Shown here piece after piece: positions 52,001 through 64,000 of a stretch of DNA of 64,000 bases. The first letter of the stretch is position 1, and each line of letters begins with the position of its first letter. The notes under the pieces are model-generated. The model searched no databases, had not been told where the DNA came from, and saw nothing but the letters and a program-made list of their open reading frames with translations. A program made the translations under genes and the position numbers. Location of the stretch: the NCBI RefSeq assembly GCF_963921235.1, contig NC_086107.1, positions 116,996,001 to 117,060,000 of the forward strand. The letters are read 5' to 3'. Source of the DNA: Mobula hypostoma (Eukaryota).

Positions 52001-55000
52001 CATGCCCTGAAACTCCTGCCCTGAATCTCATGCCCTGAAACTCCTGCCCTGAATCTCATGCCCTGAAACTCCTGCCCTGAATCTCATGCCCTGAAACTCA
52101 TGCCCTGAATCTCCTGCCCTGAATCTCATGCCCTGAAACTCCTGCCCTGAATCTCATGCCCTGAATCTCATGCCCTGAATCTCATGCCCTGAATCTCCTG
52201 CCCTGAAACTCATGCCCTGAATCTCATGCCCTGAAACTCCTGCCCTGAATCTCATGCCTTGAAACTAACGCGCTGAATCTGCGGACCTGAAACTCAGTTC
52301 ATGAATCTCCTGCCCTGAAACTCATGCCCTGAATCTCATGCCCTGAAACTCCTGCCCTGAATCTCCTGCCCTGAAACTCATGCCCTGAATCTCATGCCCT
52401 GAAACTCCTGCCCTGAATCTCATGCCCTGAAACTCCTGCCCTGAATCTCATGCCCTGAATCTCCTGCCCTGAATCTCATGCCCTGAATCTCCTGCCCTGA
52501 ATCTCATGCCCTGAAACTACTGCCCTGAATCTCATGCCCTGAAACTCCTGCCCTGAATCTCATGCCCTGAAACTCCTGCCCTGAAACTCATGCCCTGAAT
52601 CTCATGCCCTGAATCTCCTGCCCTGAATCTCCTGCCCTGAAACCACAGCCCTGAATCTCATGCCCTGAAACTCCTGTCCTGAATCTCCTGCCCTGAATCA
52701 CATGCCCTGAATCTCATGCCCTGAAACTCCTGCCCTGAATCTCAAGCCCTGAAACTACTGCCCTGAATCTCATGCCCTGAAACTCCTGCCCTGAATCTCA
52801 TGCCCTGAAACTCCTGTCCTGAAACTGCTGCCCTGAATCTCAAGCCCTGAATCTCATGCCCTGAAACTCCCTCCCTGTTCCTCAAGCCCTGAATCTCATG
52901 CTCTGAATCTCATGCCCTGAAACTCCTGCACTGAATCTCCTGCCCTGAATCTCATGCCCTGAAACTACTGCCCTGAATCTCATGCCTTGAAACTCCTGCT
53001 ATGAAACTCATGCCCTGAATCTCATGTCCTGAATCTCCTGCCCTGAATCTCAAGCCCTGAAAATACTGCCCTGAATCTCATGCCCTGAAACTCATGCCCT
53101 GAATCTCATGCCCTGAAACTCCTGCCCTGAATCTCCTGCCCTGAATCTCATGCCCTGAATCTCATGCCCTGATACTCCTGCTCTGAATCTCAAGCACTGA
53201 AACTACTACCTTGAATCTCATGCCTTGAAACTCCTGCCCTGAATCTCATGCCCTGAAACTCCTGTCCTGAAACTGCTGCCCTGAATCTCAAGCCCTGAAT
53301 CTCATGCCCTGAATCTCATGCCTTGAAACTCAAGCCCTGAATCTCATGCCCTGAATCTCATGCCCTGAAACTCCTGCCCTGAATCTCAAGCCCTGAATCT
53401 CATGCCCTGAAACTACTGCCCTGAATCTCATGCCTTGAAACTCCTGCTATGAAACTCATGCCCTGAATCTCATGTCCTGAATCTCCTGCCCTGAATCTCA
53501 AGCCCTGAAAATACTGCCCTGAATCTCATGCCCTGAAACTCATGCCCTGAATCTCATGCCCTGAAACTCCTGCACTGAATCTCCTGCCCTGAATCTCATG
53601 CCCTGAATCTCATGCCCTGAAACTCCTGCCCTGAATCTCAAGCCCTGAAACTACTGCCCTGAATCTCATGCCCTGAAACTCCTGCCCTGAATCTCAAGCC
53701 CTGAAACTACTGCCCTGAATCTCATGCCCTGAAACTCATGCCCTGAATCTCATGCCCTGCCCTGAATCTCATGCCCTGAATCTCCTGCCCTGAATCTCAT
53801 GCCCTGAAACTACTGCCCTGAATCTCCTGCCCTGAATCTCATGCCCTGAAACTGCTGCCCTTGAATCTCATGCCCTGAAACTACTGCCCTGAATCTCAAG
53901 CCCTGAAACTACTGCCCTGAATCTCATGCCTTGAAACTCCTGCTCTGAAACACCTGCCCTGAATCTCATGCCCTGAATCTCATGCCCTGAAACTCATGCC
54001 CTGAATCTCATGCCCTGAATCTCCTGCCCTGAATCTCCTGCCCTGAATCTCATGCCCTGAATCTCATGCCCTGAATCTCATGCCCTGAAACTCATGCCCT
54101 GAATCTCATGCCCTGAAACTCCTGCCCTGAATCTCATGCCCTGAAACTCATGCCCTGAATCTCATGCCCTGAAACTCATGCCCTGAATCTCCTGCCCTGA
54201 AACTCATGCCCTGAAACTCCTGCCCTGAAACTCATGCCCTGAAACTCATGCCCTGAATCTCATGCCCTGAATCTCCTGCCCTGAAACTCATGCCCTGAAT
54301 CTCATGCCCTGAAACTCCTGCCCTGAATCTCATGCCCTGAAACTCCTGCCCTGAATCTCCTGCCCTGAAACTCATGCCCTGAATCTCCTGCCCTGAAACT
54401 CATGCCCTGAATCTCATGCCCTGAAACTCCTGTCCTGAATCTCCTGCCCTGAAACTCATGCCCTGAATCTCATGCCCTGAATCTCCTGCCCTGAAACTCC
54501 TGCCCTGAAACTCCTGCCCTGAATCTCATGCCCTGAATCTCCTGCCCTGAATCTCATGCCCTGAATCTCCTGCCCTGAATCTCATGCCCTGAAACTCCTG
54601 CCCTGAATCTCATGCCCTGAAACTCCTGCCCTGAATCTCATGCCCTGAAACTCCTGCCCTGAATCTCATGCCCTGAAACTCATGCCCTGAATCTCATGCC
54701 CTGAAACTCCTGCCCTGAAACTCCTGCCCTGAAACTCATGCCCTGAATCTCATGCCCTGAATCTCATGCCCTGAATCTCCTGCCCTGAATCTCCTGCCCT
54801 GAAACTCATGCCCTGAATCTCATGCCCTGAAACTCCTGCCCTGAATCTCATGCCCTGAAACTCATGCCCTGAATCTCATGCCCTGAAACTCCTGCCCTGA
54901 ATCTCCTGCCCTGAAACTCATGCCCTGAATCTCATGCCCTGAAACTCCTGCCCTGAATCTCCTGCCCTGAATCTCATGCCCTGAATCTCATGCCCTGAAT

Positions 55001-58000
55001 CTCCTGCCCTGAAACTCATGCCCTGAATCTCATGCCCTGAAACTCCTGCCCTGAATCTCCTGCCCTGAATCTCATGCCCTGAATCTCCTGCCCTGAAACT
55101 CATGCCCTGAATCTCATGCCCTGAAACTCCTGCCCTGAATCTCATGCCCTGAATCTCCTGCCCTGAAACTCATGCCCTGAATCTCATGCCCTGAAACTCA
55201 TGCCCTGAATCTCATGCCCTGAAACTCCTGCCCTGAAACTCCTGCCCTGAATCTCATGCCCTGAAACTCCTGCCCTGAAACTCATGCCCTGAATCTCATG
55301 CCCTGAAACTCCTGCCCTGAATCTCATGCCCTGAAACCACTGCCCTGAATCTCATGCCCTGAAACTCCTGCCCTGAATCTCATGCCCTGAATCTCATGCC
55401 CTGAAACTCATGCCCTGAATCTCATGCCCTGAAACTCCTGCCCTGAAACTCCTGCCCTGAATCTCAAGCCCTGAATCTCATGCCCTGAAACTCCTGCCCT
55501 GAATCTCCTGCCCTGAAACCACAGCCCTGAATCTCATGCCCTGAAACTCCTGCCCTGAATCTCCTGCCCTGAATCTCATGCCCTGAATCTCATGCCCTGA
55601 AACTCCTGCCCTGAATCTCATGCCCTGAAACTCCTGTCCTGAAACTCCTGCCCTGAATCTCAAGCCCTGAATCTCATGCCCTGAAACTCCTGCCCTGTTC
55701 CTCAAGCCCTGAATCTCATGCTCTGAATCTCATGCCCTGAATCTCATGCCCTGAATCTCCTGCCCTGAATCTCATGCCCTGAAACTCCTGCTATGAAACT
55801 CATGCCCTGAATCTCATGTCCTGAATCTCCTGCCCTGAATCTCATGCCCTGAATCTCATGCCCTGAAACTGCTGCCCTGAATCTCATGCCTTGAAACTCC
55901 TGCTATGAAACTCATGCCCTGAATCTCATGCCCTGAATCTCCTGCCCTGAATCTCAAGCCCTGAATCTCATGCCCTGAATCTCATGCCCTGAATCTCCTG
56001 CCCTGAAACTCCTGCACTGAAACTCCTGCCCTGATTCTCCTGCCCTGAAACTCATGCCCTGAATCTCATGCCCTGAAATTCATGCCCTGAATCTCCTGCT
56101 CTGAAACTCCTGCCCTGAAACTCATGCCCTGAAACTCATGCCCTGAATCTCATGCCATGAAACTCATGCCCTGAATCTCATGCCCTGAAACTCCTGTCCT
56201 GAAACTCCTGCCCTGAATCTCATGCCCTGAATCTCATGCCCTGAAACTCCTGCCCTGTTCCTCAAGCCCTGAATCTCATGCTCTGAATCTCATGCCCTGA
56301 AACTCCTGCCCTGAATCTCCTGCCCTGAATCTCATGCCCTGAAACTCCTGCCCTGAATCTCATGCCCTGAAACTCCTGCTATGAAACTCATGCCCTGAAT
56401 CTCATGTCCTGAATCTCCTGCCCTGAATCTCAAGCCCTGAAAATACTGCCCTGAATCTCATGCCCTGAAACTCATGCCCTGAATCTCATGCCCTGAAACT
56501 CCTGCCCTGAATCTCCTGCCCTGAATCTCATGCCCTGAATCTCATGCCCTGAAACTCCTGCCCTGAATCTCAAGCCCTGAAACTACTGCCCTGAATCTCA
56601 TGCCCTGAAACTCCTGCCCTGAATCTCATGCCCTGAAACTACTGCCCTGAATCTCATGCCCTGAAACTCCTGCCCTGAATCTCATGCCCTGAAACCACAG
56701 CCCTGAATCTCATGCCCTGAAACTCCTGCCCTGAATCTCATGCCCTGAAACTCCTGCCCTGAAACTCCTGCCCTGAATCTCATGCCCTGAAACTACTGCC
56801 CTGAATCTCATGCCCTGAAACTACTGCCCTGAATCTCAAGCCCTGAAACTACTGCCCTGAATCTCATGCCCTGAAACTCCTGCCCTGAAACACCTGCCCT
56901 GAATCTCATGCCCTGAATCTCCTGCCCTGAAACTCATGCCCTGAATCTCATGCCCTGAATCTCCTGCCCTGAATCTCATGCCCTGAATCTCATGCCCTGA
57001 ATCTCATGCCCTGAATCTCATGCCCTGAAACTCCTGCCCTGAATCTCATGCCCTGAATCTCATGCCCTGAAACTCCTGCCCTGAATCTCAAGCCCTGAAT
57101 CTCATGCCCTGAATCTCATGCCCTGAAACTCCTGCCCTGAATCTCAAGCCCTGAAACTACTGCCCTGAATCTCATGCCCTGAAACTCCTGCCCTGAATCT
57201 CATGCCCTGAAACCACTGCCCTGAATCTCATGCCCTGAAACTCCTGCCCTGAATCTCATGCCCTGAAACTCCTGCCCTGAATCTCCTGCCCTGAATCTCA
57301 TGCCCTGAAACTCCTGCCCTGAATCTCATGCCCTGAAACTACTGCCCTGAATCTCATGCCCTGAAACTACTGCCCTGAATCTCATGCCCTGAAACTCCTG
57401 CCCTGAAACTCCTGCCCTGAATCTCATGCCCTGAATCTCCTGCCCTGAAACTCATGCCCTGAATCTCATGCCCTGAATCTCCTGCCCTGAATCTCATGCC
57501 CTGAATCTCATGCCCTGAAACTCATGCCCTGAATCTCATGCCCTGAAACTCATGCCCTGAATCTCATGCCCTGAAACTCCTGCCCTGAATCTCATGCCCT
57601 GAAACTCATGCCCTGAATCTCATGCCCTGAAACTCATGCCCTGAATCTCCTGCCCTGAAACTCATGCCCTGAATCTCCTGCCCTGAAACTCATGCCCTGA
57701 ATCTCATGCCCTGAATCTCATGCCCTGAATCTCCTGCCCTGAAACTCATGCCCTGAATCTCATGCCCTGAAACTCCTGCCCTGAATCTCATGCCCTGAAA
57801 CTCTGCCCTGAATCTCATGCCCTGAAACTCATGCCCTGAATCTCCTGCCCTGAAACTCATGCCCTGAATCTCATGCCCTGAAACTCCTGCCCTGAATCTC
57901 ATGCCCTGAAACTCCTGCCCTGAATCTCATGCCCTGAATCTCCTGCCCTGAAACTCCTGCCCTGAAACTCATGCCCTGAATCTCATGCCCTGAATCTCCT

Positions 58001-61000
58001 GCCCTGAATCTCATGCCCTGAATCTCCTGCCCTGAATCTCATGCCCTGAAACTCCTGCCCTGAATCTCATGCCCTGAAACTCCTGCCCTGAATCTCCTGC
58101 CCTGAAACTCATGCCCTGAATCTCATGCCCTGAAACTCATGCCCTGAATCTCATGCCCTGAAACTCCTGCCCTGAAACTCCTGCCCTGAAACTCATGCCC
58201 TGAATCTCATGCCCTGAAACTCATGCCCTGAATCTCATGCCCTGAAACTCCTGCCCTGAATCTCATGCCCTGAATCTCATGCCCTGAAACTCCTGCCCTG
58301 AATCTCATGCCCTGAATCTCCTGCCCTGAAACTCATGCCCTGAATCTCATGCCCTGAAACTCCTGCACTGAATCTCAGCCCGGAAACTCATGCCCTGAAT
58401 CTCATGCCCTGAAACTCCTGTCCTGAATCTCCTGCCCTGAATCACATGCCCTGAATCTTCTGCCCTGAAACTCCTGCCCTGAATCTTAAGCCCTGAAAGT
58501 ACTGCCCTGAATCTCATGCCCTGAAACTCCTGCCCTGAATCTCATGCCCTGAAACTCCTGTCCTGAAACTGCTGCCCTGAATCTCAAGCCCTGAATCTCA
58601 TGCCCTGAATCTCATGCCCTGAAACTCCTGCCCTGTTCCTCAAGCCCTGAATCTCATGCTCTGAATCTCATGACCTGAAACTCCTGCACTGAATCTCCTG
58701 CCCTGAATCTCATGCCCTGAAACTCATGCCCTGAATCTCCTGCTCTGAAACTCCTGTCCTGAATATCCTGCCCTGAATCTCATGCCCTGAAACTACTGCC
58801 CTGAATCTCATGCCCTGAAACTCCTGCCCTGAAACTCATGCCCTGAATCTCATGCCCTGAATCTCCTGCCCTGAATCTCATGCCCTGAAACTCATGCCCT
58901 GAATCTCATGCCCTGAAACTCCTGCCCTGAATCTCAAGCCCTGAAACTACTGCCCTGAATCTCATGCCCTGAAACTCCTGCCCTGAAAGACCTGCCCTGA
59001 AACTCATGCCCTGAATCTCATGCCCTGAAACTCATGCCCTGAATCTCATGCCCTGAATCTCATGCCCTGAAACTCATGCCCTGAATCTCATGCCCTGAAA
59101 CTCCTGCCCTGAAACTCCTGCCCTGAATCTCATGCCCTGAAACTCCTGCCCTGAAACTCATGCCCTGAATCTCATGCCCTGAAACTCCTGCCCTGAATCT
59201 CCTGCCCTGAAACCACAGCCCTGAATCTCATGCCCTGAAACTCCTGCCCTGAATCTCATGCCCTGAATCTCATGCCCTGAAACTCCTGCCCTGAATCTCA
59301 TGCCCTGAAATTCCTGTCCTGAAACTCCTGCCTTGATTCTCAAGCCCTGAATCTCATGCCCTGAAACTCCTGCCCTGTTCCTCAAGCCCTGAATCTCATG
59401 CTCTGAATCTCATGCCCTGAATCTCATGCCCTGAATCTCATGCCCTGAAACTACTGCCCTGAATCTCATGCCTTGAAACTCCTGCTATGAAACTCATGCC
59501 CTGAATCTCATGTCCTGAATCCCCTGCCCTGAATCTCATGCCCTGAATCTCATGCCCTGAAACTGCTGCCCTGAATCTCATGCCTTGAAACTCCTGCTAT
59601 GAAACTCATGTCCTGAATCTCATGTCCTGAATCTCCTGCCCTGAATCTCAAGCCCTGAATCTCATGCCCTGAATCTCATGCCCTGAATCTCCTGCCCTGA
59701 AACTCCTGCACTGAAACTCCTGCCCTGATTCTCCTGCCCTGAAACTCATGCCCTGAATCTCATGCCCTGAAATTCATGCCCTGAATCTCCTGCCCTGAAA
59801 CTCCTGCCCTGAATCTCATGCCCTGAATCTCATGCCCTGAATCTCATGCCCTGAAACTCCTGCCCTGAATCTCATGCCCTGAAACTCATGCCCTGAATCT
59901 CATGCCCTGAAACTCCTGTCCTGAAACTCATGCCCTGAATCTCATGCCCTGAAACTCCTGCCCTGAATCTCCTGCCCTGAAACTCCTGCCCTGAAACTCA
60001 TGCCCTGAATCTCATGCCCTGAAACTCATGCCCTGAATCTCATGCCCTGAAACTCCTGCCCTGAATCTCATGCCCTGAAACTCCTGCCCTGAATCTCATG
60101 CCCTGAAACTCCTGCCCTGAATCTCATGCCCTGAAACTCCTGCCCTGAATCTCCTGCCCTGAATCTCATGCCCTGAATCTCCTGCCCTGAAACTCATGCC
60201 CTGAATCTCATGCCCTGAATCTCCTGCCCTGAATCTCCTGCCCTGAATCTCATGCCCTGAATCTCATGCCCTGAATCTCATGCCCTGAAACTCCTGCCCT
60301 GAATCTCATGCCCTGAAACTCCTGCCCTGAATCTCATGCCCTGAAACTCCTGCCCTGAATCTCATGCCCTGAAACTCATGCCCTGAATCTCATGCCCTGA
60401 AACTCCTGCCCTGAATCTCCTGCCCTGAAACTCATGCCCTGAATCTCATGCCCTGAATCTCATGCCCTGAATCTCCTGCCCTGAAACTCATGCCCTGAAT
60501 CTCATGCCCTGAAACTCCTGCCCTGAATCTCATGCCCTGAATCTCCTGCCCTGAAACTCATGCCCTGAAACTCATGCCCTGAATCTCCTGCCCTGAAACT
60601 CATGCCCTGAATCTCATGCCCTGAAACTCCTGCCCTGAATCTCATGCCCTGAAACTCATGCCCTGAATCTCATGCCCTGAATCTCATGCCCTGAAACTCC
60701 TGCCCTGAAACTCCTGCCCTGAATCTCATGCCCTGAATCTCCTGCCCTGAATCTCATGCCCTGAATCTCCTGCCCTGAATCTCATGCCCTGAAACTCATG
60801 CCCTGAATCTCATGCCCTGAAACTCCTGCCCTGAATCTCATGCCCTGAAACTCCTGCCCTGAAACTCATGCCCTGAATCTCATGCCCTGAAACTCCTGCC
60901 CTGAATCTCCTGCCCTGAAACTCCTGCCCTGAATCTCATGCCCTGAAACTCCTGTCCTGAATCTCCTGCCCTGAATCACATGCCCTGAATCTCATGCCCT

Positions 61001-64000
61001 GAAACTCCTGCCCTGAATCTCAAGCCCTGAAACTACTGCCCTGAATCTCATGCCCTGAAACTCCTGCCCTGAATCTCATGCCCTGAAACTCCTGTCCTGA
61101 AACTGCTGCCCTGAATCTCAAGCCCTGAATCTCATGCCCTGAAACTCCTGCCCTGTTCCTCAAGCCCTGAATCTCATGCCCTGAATCTCATGCCCTGAAA
61201 CTACTGCCCTGAATCTCATGCCCTGAATCTCATGCCCTGAAACTCCTGCCCTGAATCTCATGCCCTGAAACTCCTGCTATGAAACTCATGCCCTGAATCT
61301 CATGTCCTGAATCTCCTGCCCTGAATCTCAAGCCCTGAAAATACTGCCCTGAATCTCATGCCCTGAAACTCATGCACTGAATCTCATGCCCTGAAACTCC
61401 TGTCCTGAATCTCCTGCCCTGAATCTCATGCCCTGAATCTCATGCCCTGAAACTCCTGCCCTGAATCTCAAGCCCTGAAACTACTGCCCTGAATCTCATG
61501 CCCTGAAACTCCTGCCCTGAATCTCATGCCCTGAAACTCCTGTCCTGAAACTCCTGCCCTGAATCTCATGCCCTGAATCTCATGCCCTGAAACTCCTGCC
61601 CTGAATCTCAAGCCCTGAATCTCATGCCCTGAATCTCATGCCCTGAAACTCCTGCCCTGAATCTCCTGCCCTGAATCTCATGCCCTGAAACTCCTGCCCT
61701 GAATCTCATGCCCTGAAACTCCTGCCATGAAACTCATGCCCTGAATCTCATGCCCTGAAACTCCTGCCCTGAATCTCAAGCCCTGAAACTACTGCCCTGA
61801 ATCTCATGCCCTGAAACTCCTGCCCTGAATCTCATGCCCTGAAACTCCTGCACTGAATCTCCTGCCCTGAATCTCATGCCCTGAATCTCATGCCCTGAAA
61901 CTCCTGCCCTGAATCTCATGCCCTGAAACTACTGCCCTGAATCTCATGCCCTGAAACTCCTGCCCTGAATCTCATGCCCTGAAACTACTGCCCTGAATCT
62001 CATGCCCTGAAACTCCTGCCCTGAATCTCATGCCCTGAAACTCATGCCCTGAATCTCATGCCCTGAAACTCCTGCCCTGAATCTCATGCCCTGAAACTAC
62101 TGCCCTGAATCTCATGCCCTGAAACTCCTGCCCTGAATCTCATGCCCTGAAACTCCTGCCCTGAATCTCCTGCCCTGAATCTCATGCCCTGAATCTCCTG
62201 CCCTGAAACTCATGCCCTGAATCTCATGCCCTGAATCTCATGCCCTGAATCTCCTGCCCTGAAACTCATGCCCTGAATCTCATGCCCTGAAACTCCTGTC
62301 CTGAATCTCCTGCCCTGAATCTCATGCCCTGAATCTCATGCCCTGAAACTCCTGCCCTGAATCTCAAGCCCTGAAACTACTGCCCTGAATCTCATGCCCT
62401 GAAACTCCTGCCCTGAATCTCATGCCCTGAAACTCCTGTCCTGAAACTCCTGCCCTGAATCTCATGCCCTGAATCTCATGCCCTGAAACTCCTGCCCTGA
62501 ATCTCCTGCCCTGAATCTCATGCCCTGAATCTCATGCCCTGAAACTCCTGCCCTGAATCTCATGCCCTGAATCTCATGCCCTGAAACTCCTGCCCTGAAT
62601 CTCATGCCTTGAAACTCCTGCTATGAAACTCATGCCCTGAATCTCATGTCCTGAATCTCCTGCCCTGAATCTCAAGCCCTGAAACTACTGCCCTGAATCT
62701 CATGCCCTGAAACTCATGCCCTGAATCTCATGCCCTGAAACTCCTGCACTGAATCTCCTGCCCTGAATCTCATGCCCTGAATCTCATGCCCTGAAACTCC
62801 TGCCCTGAATCTCATGCCCTGAAACTACTGCCCTGAATCTCATGCCCTGAAACTCCTGCCCTGAATCTCATGCCCTGAAACTCCTGCCCTGAAACTCCTG
62901 CCCTGAATCTCATGCCCTGAATCTCATGCCCTGAAACTCCTGCCCTGAATCTCCTGCCCTGAATCTCATGCCCTGAATCTCATGCCCTGAAACTCCTGCC
63001 CTGAATCTCCTGCCCTGAATCTCATGCCCTGAAACTCCTGCCCTGAATCTCATGCCCTGAAACTCCTGCCCTGAATCTCATGCCCTGAATCTCATGCCCT
63101 GAAACTCCTGCCCTGAATCTCAAGCCCTGAAAATACTGCCCTGAATCTCATGCCCTGAAACTCCTGCCCTGAATCTCATGCCCTGAAACTCCTGCCCTGA
63201 ATCTCCTGCCCTGAATCTCATGCCCTGAATCTCATGCCCTGAAACTCCTGCCCTGAATCTCAAGCCCTGAAACTCATGCCCTGAATCTCATGCCCTGAAA
63301 CTCCTGCCCTGAATCTCATGCCCTGAAACTACTGCCCTGAATCTCATGCCCTGAAACTCCTGCCCTGAATCTCATGCCCTGAAACTACTGCCCTGAATCT
63401 CATGCCCTGAAACTCCTGCCCTGAATCTCATGCCCTGAAACTACTGCCCTGAATCTCCTGCCCTGAATCTCATGCCCTGAAACTCATGCCCTGAATCTCA
63501 TGCCCTGAAACTCCTGCCCTGAATCTCAAGCCCTGAAACTACTGCCCTGAATCTCATGCCCTGAAACTCCTGCCCTGAATCTCCTGCCCTGAATCTCATG
63601 CCCTGAATCTCCTGCCCTGAAACTCATGCCCTGAATCTCATGCCCTGAATCTCCTGCCCTGAATCTCCTGCCCTGAATCTCATGCCCTGAATCTCATGCC
63701 CTGAATCTCATGCCCTGAAACTCCTGCCCTGAATCTCATGCCCTGAAACTCCTGCCCTGAATCTCATGCCCTGAAACTCCTGCCCTGAATCTCCTGCCCT
63801 GAAACTCCTGCCCTGAATCTCATGCCCTGAAACTCCTGTCCTGAAACTCCTGCCCTGAATCTCATGCCCTGCCCTGAATCTCATGCCCTGAAACTCCTGC
63901 CCTGTTCCTCAAGCCCTGAATCTCATGCTCTGAATCTCATGACCTGAAACTCCTGCCCTGAATCTCCTGCCCTGAATCTCATGCCCTGAAACTCCTGCCC
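22095..64000 (-). repeat. Homogeneous 14-bp satellite array, + strand consensus GCCCTGAA(T/A)CTC(A/C)T, about 3000 copies, continues past the window end
   Basis: Uninterrupted tandem 14-mers over ~41.9 kb with four dominant variants and recurrent rare variants. No insertions were seen. Confidence 0.99.

Noticed and set aside
20143..59385. Many ORFs encoding repetitive peptides (RFRAGVSGHEIQG...)
   Set aside because: These are translations of the 14-bp satellite (3 monomers = 14 codons). Openness depends only on the spacing of CATGA variants, and there is no gene context.
22095..64000. CRISPR-like or other repeat-spacer array
   Set aside because: Monomers are contiguous with no unique spacers, there are no cas genes, and the context is eukaryotic.
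22095..64000. p53-like half-sites (GGGCATGAG) or telomeric repeats in the monomer
   Set aside because: Only part of RRRCWWGYYY matches and there is no TTAGGG. Any similarity is unsupported without binding data.

Overview
Eukaryotic genomic DNA; the repeat families suggest a vertebrate, probably a cartilaginous fish (inference, not verified). There are two domains. Bases 1-20175 are a mosaic of nested, decayed transposable elements: many CR1 LINE fragments, a tRNA-derived CORE-like SINE, an RTE-clade LINE with a 5' inversion, Rex1/Babar-like pieces, an L1/Tx1 endonuclease fragment and a full-length Tc1 transposon whose 340-aa transposase ORF is open but has a DD34G triad. These elements sit in a backbone made of degenerate copies of a non-TE unit that carries minus-strand splice-like signals. 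Bases 20176-64000 are a 14-bp satellite, consensus GCCCTGAA(T/A)CTC(A/C)T. A ~1.9-kb diverged block in one orientation joins a >41-kb homogeneous, TE-free array in the opposite orientation, which shows ~5-kb and ~10-kb higher-order periodicity. I could not support any host protein-coding gene, rRNA, true tRNA or CRISPR array. The most unusual observations are the twin-priming-like inverted RTE insertion inside a SINE (13-bp TSD), a second inversion in a Rex1-like LINE, and the two-site variant pattern, higher-order structure and inversion of the satellite.
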